Positions 24,741-37,872 of a DNA stretch of 64,000 nt are shown here, piece by piece. A program made the position numbers and the translations under genes. The DNA is taken from assembly GCF_036321535.1 (NCBI RefSeq), contig NC_087437.1:33234001-33298000 (forward strand). The letters run 5' to 3'. The notes beneath the pieces are model-generated. The model saw only the letters and a program-made list of their open reading frames with translations, made no database searches and had not been told where the DNA came from. The DNA is from Camelus dromedarius (lineage: Eukaryota). Each line of letters opens with the position of its first letter. Position 1 is the stretch's first letter.

Positions 24741-27700
24741 ACACACCACCTCCAGCACTATGACTTGCCCTCTGGCTAGACTACTTTGCATAGAATTAAG
24801 AAACCTGTAAGAGGACATCCTCCGGCCTGAGATGCTGGTGCATTCCCAGGGGTAGTATTGCCTACAATCTGGCCCTAACCCCGCACACGGTGGAGTAGAA
24901 AGTGATCTTTGGGGTTAGGGAGGATTAGGGAAAGCATAGATTTTGCCTATAGGCTCTGTGGGAGGATTTTGATTTGTATTTCTCTGAGGATTTATTAACT
25001 GTGTATTTGAATCCTGAAGCTGATTTGCTTATTAGCCATCTCAGCATCCCGGACATCCAAGAAAACAAGGCTGGGAAGTCTAAAGTCAAATTTATATATA
25101 TTTCAAGAGTTTAGAAAAGGGGAAAGTTATTAATAAATTTGAGTAATAACAAAATGTTACTGCCTTTCAGTTCTGGAGGAGTGGTTGTTGATTGAGAAAA
25201 TAAGATTCCCCTAAAAAAATATTTTGGTCCAAAGGAGTGGGCATTGCTCATTTTAATTTTAAAATGCCATTTTTGTATTATAAATGTGTTTAAATCTATA
25301 AATTGATTTTAATATTTAATATTTTACCTGTATCTGAAGACCTTTCTTAGAGAAATGTAGCTATTTAATGGAGTCTCACAAATGTCTTCAGACAGTGAAC
25401 TTGTTTTTACAAGTTATTCCAAAAAACTGGTGATTAATATATGCATTTGTTTAAAGTTTTTTATTTTAAAATTTTTATACAATTTTTAAAGGTTACATTC
25501 CATTTATGGGTATTACAAAATATTGGCTGTATTCCTCGTGTTGTACAAGACTTCCCTGTCTGCCTCTCTATCTGCCTGTCTACCTCGGGGATGTGGGGAA
25601 AACAGTATGGAGCTTTCTCAAAAAGCCACCGTAGTATATGTATTTCTTAATTTACAAATATGGATTAGAGATTTATTATTCATATTCACAACGTAATTAT
25701 TTGACTTTTCAATAAGTTTTAAAAATGGATTCCCAAAGTACATTTAATTAAGTAGTGTACTGAAATAGTCAGTGGTTGACTTTAAATTACTTTTCCTAAA
25801 TGTTTCAAATCCACTCAATAATTTGGTGTTATTTGGCCCATAGACCACTGGATGGCGATAAAGACTGATAGACAGGTTACAATTCTCTTCCCCCAAGGGG
25901 AAGCAGGAATTGGGGTTGGGCTCAGGTCCAGGCATAGCAACTATAGTTGAGATACAATTCTTTGAGGAGATACCAAAAATCCTACCAGCTAATCCACCTA
26001 CTAGTCTTTTGTCTGAAGTTACTTTGTTAGGTTCACACAATGAAATGGAGTTAAAGTCAGATCAAAGCAGCCTTGCTGGGATTGATTTTAAAAAAAGATC
26101 TTGTGAGATAGGCATGGCTGGCATTATTCCCCCACTTTACAGCTGAGCAAACTAAGATTCAGTGGAAGTCCTATCTGTGATTTGGGAAAAGCCTGGACCT
26201 CTTTTACAAAGCAGATACTGGGCAAATTCCCAGATTTCCAGGGAATATTTTCTTAGCCACCTATCTGCTCTTATCCCCCTAATCACACAAGAAAGAAAGA
26301 AGACATGGAGATAAAGGAGCAGATCATCCCTGAGGTCACTAGATCTAGTGCCTTTGTTACAGGTGACAGAACCCTAGCTTGAAAAGCATGATCTGGAGAT
26401 AATGGTGAAGAGAGGGAGCACAAAATAGAGTTTTAAAAACTGTCAAGAATGAGACCTACACAGCAACCTATACTTGAATCTTAAGATAAAAGGCACTCCC
26501 ATTAGCCTTTTAATGATTTTGTGTTATATTTTTACAGTGTGGGCTTATGCCTGCTGTATACCTGGATTCCTCTTCCATGTGTGAATTGTCCCAAAACATA
26601 AGCATCTAAGAGCTTTTATTTTTTCACAAGGAAAAGCAAATTGGATCCTTTAAATAATTTAGAAGACTGTCTAGAAGCGGTGAGTGCTTAATTTCAATAA
26701 TTAATTTATATAGCAGCTTGCACGTTTTTGTTTTCTGTTGACAAGGACCAGACATAATTGGCAGCTTCAAATTGGTGTAAACACAGGAAGTGATTGGGAA
26801 ACATTGCTCTGACATTGCATTGTCACAACAGAGAAGGTGGCTGCTCTGAAACTGATGCTACACTGGAAAAATCATCACTACTGAAAAAAATGCTCTTTTT
26901 ACTTCATCTGTTCAAATGTGTGGTACCCCCTAAATGACTTTGAAATCAGAATTTTTAATATTAAGGATACAGTAAAAATAACCAGAGCTATAACATCCTG
27001 TGGTTGTGGACGTCCATCATTGCCTCTGGGCTCACGACCCTGAAAGAAGATTTTAATGAAACCTTTTCCTTTTCTTTTCATTTGGCATCAAAGATCTTTA
27101 AACACATCATAACCAAGTCTTTCCCTGTGTGCTGCATGCAGAAATGTAGAGGGCTGGTTTGGTTTGGGGCAAGAGAGGAGATCAGTTGCAGAGCCTGGGG
27201 CTTGAGGGCTAGTGGCAAAGTTGCCCAGGGCATCTGCAGAGTAGAGGGTTTGTATCTTAGGACCCAGTCTTCAATCCATTCTTACCCTCAGGCATCAAGT
27301 TCCCCTCGTAGCCTCCTTTAAATGCCTTTCATAGCAGTAATGCACTGATGGATATGCCATCCATCATCAGAGCCTTTCCCGGTGTTGCTAGGGTGGGGGC
27401 AGTGGTGGGGGGAGGATCCACAATGGCCCTGGACACTCAGCACATGGGGGAGGAGGGGGTGTGATGTGCACCATCTTACTGGGGAGTGTAATCCTGGGGA
27501 ACAGGAGTGAGGGACAAGGGGAGTGACCTGGTGAAAGAGGGAGGGCCAGTTTAAAGACCTGAAGGTGCATTGTTGAGTTGGTCCCCACAAAAGGCAACTG
27601 AGTGCTCAGCCCCAAAGGACTGTCTTCTGAGAACCTGAATCAAGGCGTCTCAAGGAAGTCCTCCCAGGACCAGAAAGAAGGAGGCGTTTGTCCACCAGCT

Positions 27701-28317
27701 CCTATCTCCCGCCGGCCAGGCTCCACTGGTGGGTGCATGGTGTGGCCTATGAATGTTTCCACCAGGAGAGCATCAGAAAGAGGAGACACGCTGAAGAGAA
27801 TGTGTTTTCTCATGGAAACCCATTTTCTTTTTGCCCTATGAGGTGTCCCCCCCCCACACACACTTCTGTGTTGCTTCTACGTGGGAGACGAGGGGCTCCT
27901 GCTGTATCTGGATCCGGATCCTTTTTTGTGAAGTGATTCTTCTAGTTTCTTCTCACTCATTTGTTTTTCTATTGGGTTGTCTGTCTTTTTTGTTACTGAG
28001 TTTTAGGAGTTCTTTATATATTTTGGATAAAAATATTTTCTGTTACTCATGTTACAACTATTTTTTTTTCCTGCTCTGTGGCTCTCCCTGACCTGATAAC
28101 ATATATATATATTTTTAAGGAATATAAGTTCTTAATTTTAGCATAATTGAAATGATCAATTTTCCTATTATGGTTTGTGCTTCTTGTATCTGGTTCAAGA
28201 CTCTTTCTCTACCAGGAGGTCATAAAGATTTTCTTCTGTATTAGCATATGAAAGCCTTTCCCATTCAGACCTAATTGATTTTGTCCTAATGAAAGTTTTA
28301 ATGTCTATATATTTGCC

Positions 28318-28462
<145 letters not shown>

Positions 28463-30847
28463 TAAGAGACACAGAGAAACATGATTAGATAAGCTGCTGT
28501 GTGGAGAGTGGAGAACAGGGAGCATTGGAGACAGGGGGCACTTGCTCTAGTCTGGGAGGGATATCATGGTGGCTTTGACTTGAATAGTGAGGGTGGCAAC
28601 AGTAAGAAATGGGTGTGTTCAGTGGATATTTAGGAGGGAAATGAATGTGACTTGGTGATGAGTTAAATATGGAGGAGGGGCTGAGGACGACCCCTAGTGA
28701 CCCTTTTTCTGCTGCTTCACCTGCTGCCTTCACTTTTTCTCTCTTATTTCTCTATTTCATTGCTTCTCTGTTCAGTTTCTACTTCCTTCTCCCTTCTCCT
28801 GACTCAGCTTTCCCTCTGGGCTTCCTTTGGCTTCACTGCTGTTGCAGATGGCTGACTCTGCACACAGAACCATAGCAGTTTTCCCAAGAGAGTCTGACTG
28901 AGCTGGGTATTCACCATGATTCCTGTTTGCATAGCACTGCCGCAGCCTGGCCTCTCGCACACTGTGGGTCTGCACACATGGTGGCTGCCTGGGTGGCCCC
29001 TTCATCATGGCCCGGGGCTGCTGTGATGGGATCCAGGAGTTGGGAGCAGAGCCTCTCTTGATGGATGCGTCCTAAGGGTAGCTCTTTCTGTGGTGGCTTT
29101 AAGGAAGACAGCTCCCCTCAGAAGGCTGTGAGCAGCTGGCACGTGGTATATTCTGTGAATACAGAGGAGCATTAGAAAGAGAAGATACATTGAAGAGAAC
29201 AGATTTTTTTTTTTGCTGAACCCCATTTTTCTTTAGTAATGTCTAAATTATGAACTTGCTTTCTAAAACACATATTTATAATAGAAATTTCTCATGACTC
29301 TTAAAGCCACTGTAGATAGCAAATAACATTTGAAGGTGGTCTCCAACACAGAGTTTCATTTATTAATAGTATACCATTCAAAGCTTTGACTCTGAGATAT
29401 TTTGTTCATGCATAAGCCATAAATTTGAATTGACAGTCCTATTAATGATGGAATGCAGTTATGTATGTTTATGGTGAAAGAACCAACTGGATACTTTTTG
29501 AAGCTCATTATAGGCAAAGTGTATTGAAACAGTCGTCATAGAGAATGAAAACAGGCCTTGATGTCACATTCAGTAAAACATGTCAGAGGTGAGGTTTCAG
29601 AAAGTGCTTCAGTGAAATACGAGGGGAAGGTGTGGAGTTGCAAGGGGTTTCATTTAAACACAAGGCTCGTGTATTAATATTTTCATTGATTTATTTTCAT
29701 GCCAATATGTTCTGACATAAATATGGTGATCTATAATGTATCGACCATGAAAGTCAACATTATTTTTAAAGCTGACTCAGGGAAATAAAACCTCATTGTT
29801 AGTGCTGATATATACGGTATATTACTGTGTTGAAAAATTAACCTCTCCTGTCCTGCTCCCAAGTAAGCTAAATAAGAGGGATGCATTTTAATAGCCACTG
29901 ACCCTTGTTGCATGCTTTGTTTCCTGGCTAATCTCCAGTGTGCAGTGGGACTGGCCCACAGTGTGATGTACAGAGCAATGCATAGTCATTGTTCCAGGAT
30001 AGACTCTGCCCAGAATGAAAGCAAATCAGCGAACATCTCCACATTTTAGAGGATCAAAATGCCTGTGAGACTCTCCTGACAGCTGTTGTGGAGACATAAT
30101 TTATGTCTTTCATATGAGAGCAACAGTGAGAATAGGAGCAGTGTGGAGGCCCTAAAACAGAGAGGATACGTGGGGACGGTGTCAGCTGTGGATGGTCACA
30201 GAGAAGAGACTTGGTCTGGAATACCAGAGGCAGGGAGCACACCCCAGGGCTCTGCCCAGGCCAGCCACAACAGTGATGTGGCCTTCAGTGAAATGACTCT
30301 ATGAAATGAAAGGCAAGCCAAGGAGAACTTAACTTAGCAATGTAGGAGAGAATGCTAACGACACTTGTGCAGATTTGGATGACTTCTTCCACTAAGTTTC
30401 AGAACAGAACAAGTTTGCTGAAAATAACAAAATACTGAGAATTTTAGAGCTAGAGGGGTAATCATTTGATAGATAAGGAATCTGTTAAACCCCAGGGGAT
30501 TAAGTCAGCCGTTTGTCCAAGGAGATACAGCTGGTTAGTGGCTGAGCTGTTTCTGAAGTCCAGATCTCCCAATTCTCTGTCCAGCGCTCTTTTTGCTCCA
30601 TTTAATCCATTAGGAGCCATGAATGATAATACACATACTTGGAGGATATTCTACAGAACTACCTGAATCTGGTTTCCAACCACCACTGCTTTGAAGCTGA
30701 TCTCACCAAGGCTCCTGATGGCCCCCACATTGCCAAATTCTCTGGGTACTTTTCTGACTCAGTTTAAACCTCTCATCAGAATATGCTGCAGGTGAGTACT
30801 CCTTGAAGTGTCTCTTCTCTTGCTTTCTCCGTTAGTTTAGGCTTTGA

Positions 30848-30938
30848 GGGGGGAGGGTATAGCTCAGGGGTAAAGTGCATGCTTACCATGCATGAGGTCC
30901 TGGGTTCAATCCCCAGCATCTCCATTTAAAAAAAAAAA
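30848..30938 (+). mobile_element. tRNA-derived SINE, camelid vic-1 type
   Basis: ggggagggtatagctcagggg (A box) ... gggttcaatccccagc (B box) followed by poly(A); resembles the camelid SINE consensus from memory. Confidence 0.8.
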
Positions 30939-32479
30939 GACTTCATTGCTGGTGAGAGAAACTGGCATCAAAGATGATAAGGCTGAGTGATAATTTACTG
31001 GCTGGTATAATTGCTGTCCTTGTGGGGCTGGATTTAGGTACAGCCTGCTGCAGGATCTGCTGCAGGAGCTCAGATAGTGTTACTAGGACTGCTCTTTTTA
31101 TATATATTTCTTGACTCCACTTTTTCCAAATTGGCTCCATTCTCATATATACTCTCCCTTCATAGTTATAAGGTGGCTGCCATAGACTCCATTCTTTCAT
31201 TTAATTATGTGCAACTCCACCAGGAAAAATTATGTCTCAGCCAGAATGTCCTGGGATTAACAGTGATTGGCCCTACTGTCTTGCCCTAGACTCTGTGTCC
31301 ATCCCTAAATCAACCACTGAGGTCAGAGGCACAGAATTCACTGATTGTCCTAGGCCTTGGTTAAATGCTCCACCCCTAGGACCCAAGGCAGAACTGGCTT
31401 CACCCAGATCCCATGTGTTCAAAAAGATGGTTCTCCTAAAGCATATTTGGGGTCCTGTTACCACAAGAAAGGGACTGAATACTGGACAGCAAAAGCAGCA
31501 GATGTCTAGAGCTGCTTCCCGGACACCACACTTTCCTAATGTGCCTCCTTCTTCACTCTTCAGTCTCGCTCCCTGTGTCACCCACCTTGGCTTGAGCTGT
31601 CCTGCTGGATCTCCCTGGGGCCCAGCTCCACACCTGCTTCCTTTCCACGACTGTGCTTGTTCTCAAGGTGATTTCATCCGGCCCACCGGGAAAGGAGAAG
31701 CTAGACAAAGACCAAGGTACTCTGAGTCAACCTTGGCATACACGGCATGTGAAATTAATTGTAGGCCATGGAATTTAATGAGAAATCGTATTTAATGGGA
31801 AATCTTGAGAGGAAAACTGTTGACACAAGTGTGTCTGAGAAGGCAAAGCACTGAGCTACTCCTTAGCCTTCACTCCAAAGATAAGGGACAAGATTGGAGA
31901 ATATTTAAAAGTAGTTGCCATGAAGGCACAGAAAATAAAGTGTATTAGCCAGCTAGCGTGGAAGTCTTGTTAAGGTTAGATCTATATATACTTGCTCTTC
32001 TCTTTGTGAAATTGAATTTCTGGCTGGTTTTTTGTTGTTGTTGTTGTTTTGGCTTTTTTGGTTAGTTGGTTAAGAATTGTCCTGGGATATTTGCCCTCTT
32101 TATTATAAGGGTTTATTGTAATCATCTTTGGACTGCAGTCTTTAACCTTGAGGCTGTGGTTACTGCAAAGCTTGTTTTACATATTTGTTGTGGGAAATTG
32201 CATTCATTCACTATATATCTGTTATAAGAAATTGTATATATTAGAATATGTCTGCCTAGGAGATTGTATTTATGTACCTAAGTGGTTCTGTGCCTACCAG
32301 CACTGTTAATGACTTCGCTAACTTTATTCCATAACTCTTTTTCTACATAAATTCATAAACCAAATTTCTAGTCGGAAACCATTAAGGCCCTTTTTCTTGG
32401 CTTTCTTGTTACAGGGTTTATTTAAGAAAAATAAATTTGTGATTCTAGAAGAATAATTTCTAAAGAGTATATGAAACTT

Positions 32480-34040
32480 GTTTTCTTCACGGCATCCATG
32501 TCTTGATAACTCCCTAATCCATACCCACAGGTCTCTTCTGTGCCCTGAGCTCCAGACTTGTATAGCCACGTGGCACTCTCTGGATATCTTGCACATTTCA
32601 CCAACCGAATGTGGCCAAGAGTGAACTCCTAATTTCCTCATTTTTTCTCCCACCAAATTTGTCTCTCTGCTCAACAGTCTTTATCATTTCAGTAAATGTC
32701 ACTGTTACATATCCAGTCATTCAAGGAAAAATCCCAGGAATCATTCTCCATTCTTCTCTTTTCCCTTCTCCCACATCAGTCCATCACCAAGTTGTATCAA
32801 ATATCTGTCAAATGTTCGCCACTGCAATCTTTTGCCCACTTCATCTCTACCCCTCCCTGGTATCCAGGCTGCCTCCTAGCCTACTCCATGCACAGCAGCC
32901 AGGCTGGTCTGTATGAAGCATAGATCAGACTGTGCCCTTCTCAAGGCATTCTGTTCCTTCCTGTTGTTCTTTAGAATAAACCTCAAATGTCTTCCCATGG
33001 ACTCTAAGGTCCTGTGTGGTCTTGTCCCTGCCCCACACCCAACCTCGTCTCATCCTCTCTTCCCCTCACTTACAGGGCTGTAGCCACACTGGCCACCTGC
33101 AATGTGTCAGGTGGGTTATGGGTTAGCAACAGGAGAAAACTCTCTCTCTCTCTGTCTCTTTCACACACACAGATACACACAGACACACACACATCCTGAT
33201 TGGTGGAGTCAAGGCCCAGAAACTTCAGAAAATGGGTGACCATAGAGGACAGGAACAGATGCAGTCTATTTCTGATCAGGCTTTTTACTCTTTGTTAATT
33301 CCCCCATGTGATGTCTGCACAGAACAGGATAGGGTCCAGCTGTTTCTAACTACCAGATTTTTGCTCTACCATAAGTCTTTTATACATAGGACTCACATCA
33401 AGACATAGCCTAGTATTCTATATACTTGGCCCTTAGATTTTCCAGGCTTGAACCAAATTTAGCATCAGCAAAGCCACATCCTCTTTGGAGGAGAGTCAAT
33501 ATTCAGTGAAGTCGAAAAATATGTCTGCCTCAAGCTTTTAAGCTTTCTAGAAAACCTGTTTCTCCGTAGTCCATTCCTTGACTCTGATTTGGGTTATTCT
33601 GATGCAGAATTTGGTCCTAGGACCCAAATCACAGGTCCACTTCCCTGCAGGCCTGTCTATTCCCTAAACATGTCCTGCTCATCCACGCCCCATAATCTTT
33701 GAGATTCTTGCCTCCACTACTTGGAGCACACTTTCCCCATCTCTTTCTCTGTGTGGCCAAATTCATCTTATCCTTCAGATCTTAGCTAAAATATCATGTT
33801 CTGAGAGGGCTTTTTACTATGCAAAACAATTTGTACTGTAATTCCTTCCTATGGCACCTTACTTTCTATATTTTCCACAAAATATGTATTTATTTATTAT
33901 TTTGTTTGGTTTTTGTCTGTCTCCCACTAAAATATAAGTTAACTGAGGTCAGGGACCTTGTCTGTCATGTCCTTTTTTATATCCTCAGGCCCAACAGTGG
34001 TTTGTACCTAGTTGGTACTCAACAGATCTTAGCTAAATGA
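32480..34040 (+). mobile_element. L2 fragments (two blocks, about 32480-33100 and 33660-34040)
   Basis: L2 3' hallmarks (ctgagctccagacttgtatagcc; gtctgtctcccacta...gagg-cagggaccttgtctgtc). Confidence 0.55.
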
Positions 34041-36559
34041 GGAAGTTCCCTGCTTACTGTTCCAGAAGGGAGGGAGACAGGTGTCTTGCTTTGTTGAGGG
34101 TCATGCTGTCTCTCCTACCCCAGCAGGATGGACTTTTTTGCTAGATTCAAATAGATGATGACAGGCTGTCCTCTGAGATGGTGTTTGTTGGGTAAACACC
34201 ATCATGGATGGGCATAGAGAAAAGTAGCTTGAGCCTTCAGCCCCCGGAGTCTTGGCTCTTGGGGTGTTAGACTTCTCCATGGCCCTTACACTTCAGCCTC
34301 CTTTCTAGAAGCCATGGGTGATGAGATAGAACAGCAAAAGTTCATGCTCTCACGTCTTGATTCCTTTGATATGAGTTGTGTGTTCTTGAGGAGGATAAAC
34401 AAAAAGCACCTATTAATGATTTTATAGCTAACTTTTCACACTGCTTTTGGAAAAAAAGTTCTGTGAATGTGGAAGTGAATATAAAAAGAAAAAACAAGAA
34501 TGTATTAGGTTGGTCTCTCTACTCACAGTTTTATATGAGTTGTTTTGTGATGACTGGCCAAGCATTTTTGTTGTTTTTGCTGTTTCTTGGTAACTGTATC
34601 TGTCAGCTTTTATTAGGCTATGCTGCAGTAACAAAGAACCCTAAACTCTTAATGGCTTAAAACAGCAAAGATTTGTTTCTCATTCATTGTATGCCAGTGT
34701 GAGTGAGGGTCAGCTCTTCTCCGTGTCTCCTCTTCATCCTGGGATCCAGGCTGAGGAATGGTCCCTATCTGGGACATGTTTCCTTAAGCAGAGGGGAAAA
34801 AGAGAGAGAGGAAATATGCAATGCCTTTTAAAGCTTCTGCTTAGAAAGGCAATGACATGCTCTACTTCTACTTGCACGTCATTGACCAGAGCAAGTCACA
34901 TAGTCAAGCCTGGCATCCGTGGGATGGCTTAATCCCCTCACAGGGAGACAGAGCAGATGATCAAGAATGGTAATATACTCTTCCACAGGAACTTTCTAAT
35001 CATGATCTAAAAGTACTCCTGTTGCAAAGTTTTGGCAATTTCTAATGAATGAAAATTTGATGAAGAATGAATATTTTTAATTGTCATGATGTGTATTAGC
35101 AGTACGTACAAGCCACATAATGCAGGACAAAGTGCATGATCTGGAGAATTTGGAGTCTTTGCCAGTAGTTTACTTTGTGAGCTTGGAAGAGACATTTAGT
35201 ATCACTGGGCTCCCATTTCTGCAAAACAAGGGGTTTAAATTAGAGGATCTCCAAGTTCATTATAAATAAGAAACATCTGTGTTCCTCTGCTTCCAGGTAC
35301 AAGCTGGGTGGTGTGTCTGAGTGACAGTAGTGGTCATATTGAGGGCTTGATATGCAGGGCCTTCTGGGGCTGTTACAAAGTGTTGCTCTGCACTTTGTAG
35401 TCATGTGGGGAGATCTAAGTCTTTTACCCTTAGCCAGCCTTAGAGGGGATGAATCCTGTACTTAATTTCTTCCCACTGAAGCGTTGCCACTTGCCCCATG
35501 AGACTGCTGTTCAGTTTAGAAGGATTTTTCATTCTCAGTTCACTTAGCCAAGGGGCAAGTTCTGACAAGGTGGCTGTTTGAGTTTTGTTGATGAGTGATA
35601 ATGAAAAAAGCAGCAGTAGGATGTGAATGGAAATCCCAACTCCTACCTGGCCATAAATTGTTAGTTTTGGAAAGAAAAAATTAGGAAAGGAAAATCAGAC
35701 TTTGAAAATCTCATCGATCTATAGTTAATTCTGTGTAATTCTTCACGTTGGATGAGCCTCAGGGGTTGGGAAGACTTGGTCAATGAGATGTTAAACTGAA
35801 CATGTCAAGATTTTTTTTCTCTTGGTGCATCTATTCCTGTTTTTCCTTGCTATTTAGATCTACTTGGCATATATCTTAAATTAGAAATGCTTAGCTCTTT
35901 CAACCAGATTTTCAGCATAGATCAGACCCTGCAGAGCTTCAGCCACTGAATTAAAACTTGACCAAATTCTGGTTGACCTCTAAATGCCCATTCTTTATCT
36001 CAACAAAATTGATTTCATTTCTTTTTGAATATATGTCCTGAAAATGGTGGCCTTGAACTATTCCCTGTAACCTAAGCATATCAGTCATTGTTATCACTGC
36101 TAGCAATTAGAACGTTTGTTCAATTTAGTGGACTACTTTATTCTAATGTGTTAAAACATTTTACGTAAACATTGTCCCTCAGCAAAGGTCTCACATGTGC
36201 ATCAGGAGATAGATAAATGCAAAGAGGTTCACTGCAATATTGTTTGAGATCAGGAAAAAAAAAGTGCCTAAATATCCACCACTAGGAGAGTTGATAACTA
36301 TATTTATCATACAGTACATACATGATGTGCTATAATCATACAGTATTCATGCAGCAGTTAAAATGAATGAACCAGAATATATATATTCTAGTAGAGTTAT
36401 ATGTATCAATATGAAAATATCTCAAAAACATGTTGGGTGAAAAGAAGCAAGTGGCACAATACAGTACATACATACAGTATGAAACCACCTAAAATTTAAA
36501 AACATCTAAGACTCCATATTATATATAGGTATATACGTTTATAATAAAAGTAAAATGTA

Positions 36560-36828
36560 ACTGAAGGGAATTGGAAGTGATAAACTGGGAGTTTGAGATT
36601 TTCAGATACTACCTAATATATATAAAATAGATAAACAACAAGTTCATACTGTATAGCACAGGGAACTATATTCAACATCTTGTAACTCATGGTGAAAAAG
36701 AATATGAAAATTAATATACATATGATTATGTATGACTGAAACATTAGGCTAAACACCAGAAATTGACACAACATTGTAAACTGACTATGCTTCAATAAAA
36801 ATACACATATATATTTATATATATATAG
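36560..36828 (+). mobile_element. Young 5'-truncated L1 inserted in an older L1 fragment
   Basis: L1 3' end (ctgtatagcacagggaactatattcaa); exact 14-bp TSD aaaagtaaaatgta at 36546-36559 and 36829-36842. Confidence 0.85.
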
Positions 36829-37840
36829 AAAAGTAAAATGTAGAAGAAGGATACACAAGAATTTCAGAATAATGGTCACCTCTGGGGAAATTAGTTTATG
36901 TCTGTAATGTTTTATTTCTCAAAAAAAAAAAAAAGAAACCAAAACACAAACACAAAAACCCAACTATTATAAGATGTTAACCGTGGCTAAATCTTGCTGG
37001 TGGGCACGAAGGTATCTGTTATTGTTTCTTTATGTTTTTTGGTAAATGGGAAATAATAATGTATCAGTCACTCCCCTTCCCCGTTCTTCCCTGTTCCTAA
37101 TGTCAGCCTCAGAGAGATGGCATGGCATGTGGAAAACAACCTCTAGAACACTGGGTTACCTTCCTGTGGTTTTGAGAAGGTGATCTCTTCTTTCTTTTTA
37201 ATTAAAAAACATCACCCTCAAACTCAGATTTGACATAGGTTTTGAAAAAGAGCTGGATTGTCAGGGCCCTCTTGTTCATAATGATTTGTCTCAGGTGTCC
37301 CTGGAGCCCTGCCCTGGTTTATGCCACCCCTGTGCTCAAAGCCCTCCTGTGGCCTCTTACTGTCCTCAGAGTGAAGGCCAGGTGGCCTGCAGCCCTGCAG
37401 CATCTGGCCGCAGGCATCTCCCCTGCCTCCTGGACGTCTGTCTTCGGCCACATCCCCTCCCCTCTCCCACCAGGTCCTCACAGGTCAGTGGCCTCTGTCT
37501 GCTTTATTGTTGTCCCTCATCTCCCCTCAGCCCCAGGCTCTAGGTGTTTCTCCAAGGACGCCTTCCCCAAGCCCCTCACTAGGGAACGTGTTGGTCGTGT
37601 TTTCTGCTGGATCCTCACTGCTGGGCGTGGTTCCTTGGACACATGATCAATATGTATTTATTAACTCTCACTAACTAACCTGAAATTAGAATTGTAGAGA
37701 TTAAATCAATCAGGTCACACTCTAACACCCTCTTATCCCTTTTTATGAATGGAGATGTGTCTGTTTCTTTTTTTTTAAATTGAAGTATAGTTGATGTACA
37801 ATGTTGTGTTACTTTCTGGTGTACAGCATAGTGATTCAGT

Positions 37841-37872
<32 letters not shown>

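Noticed and set aside
30848..30925. tRNA-Ala-like gene
   Set aside because: Acceptor and anticodon stems are imperfect and it is followed by poly(A) rather than a T-run terminator; fits a SINE.
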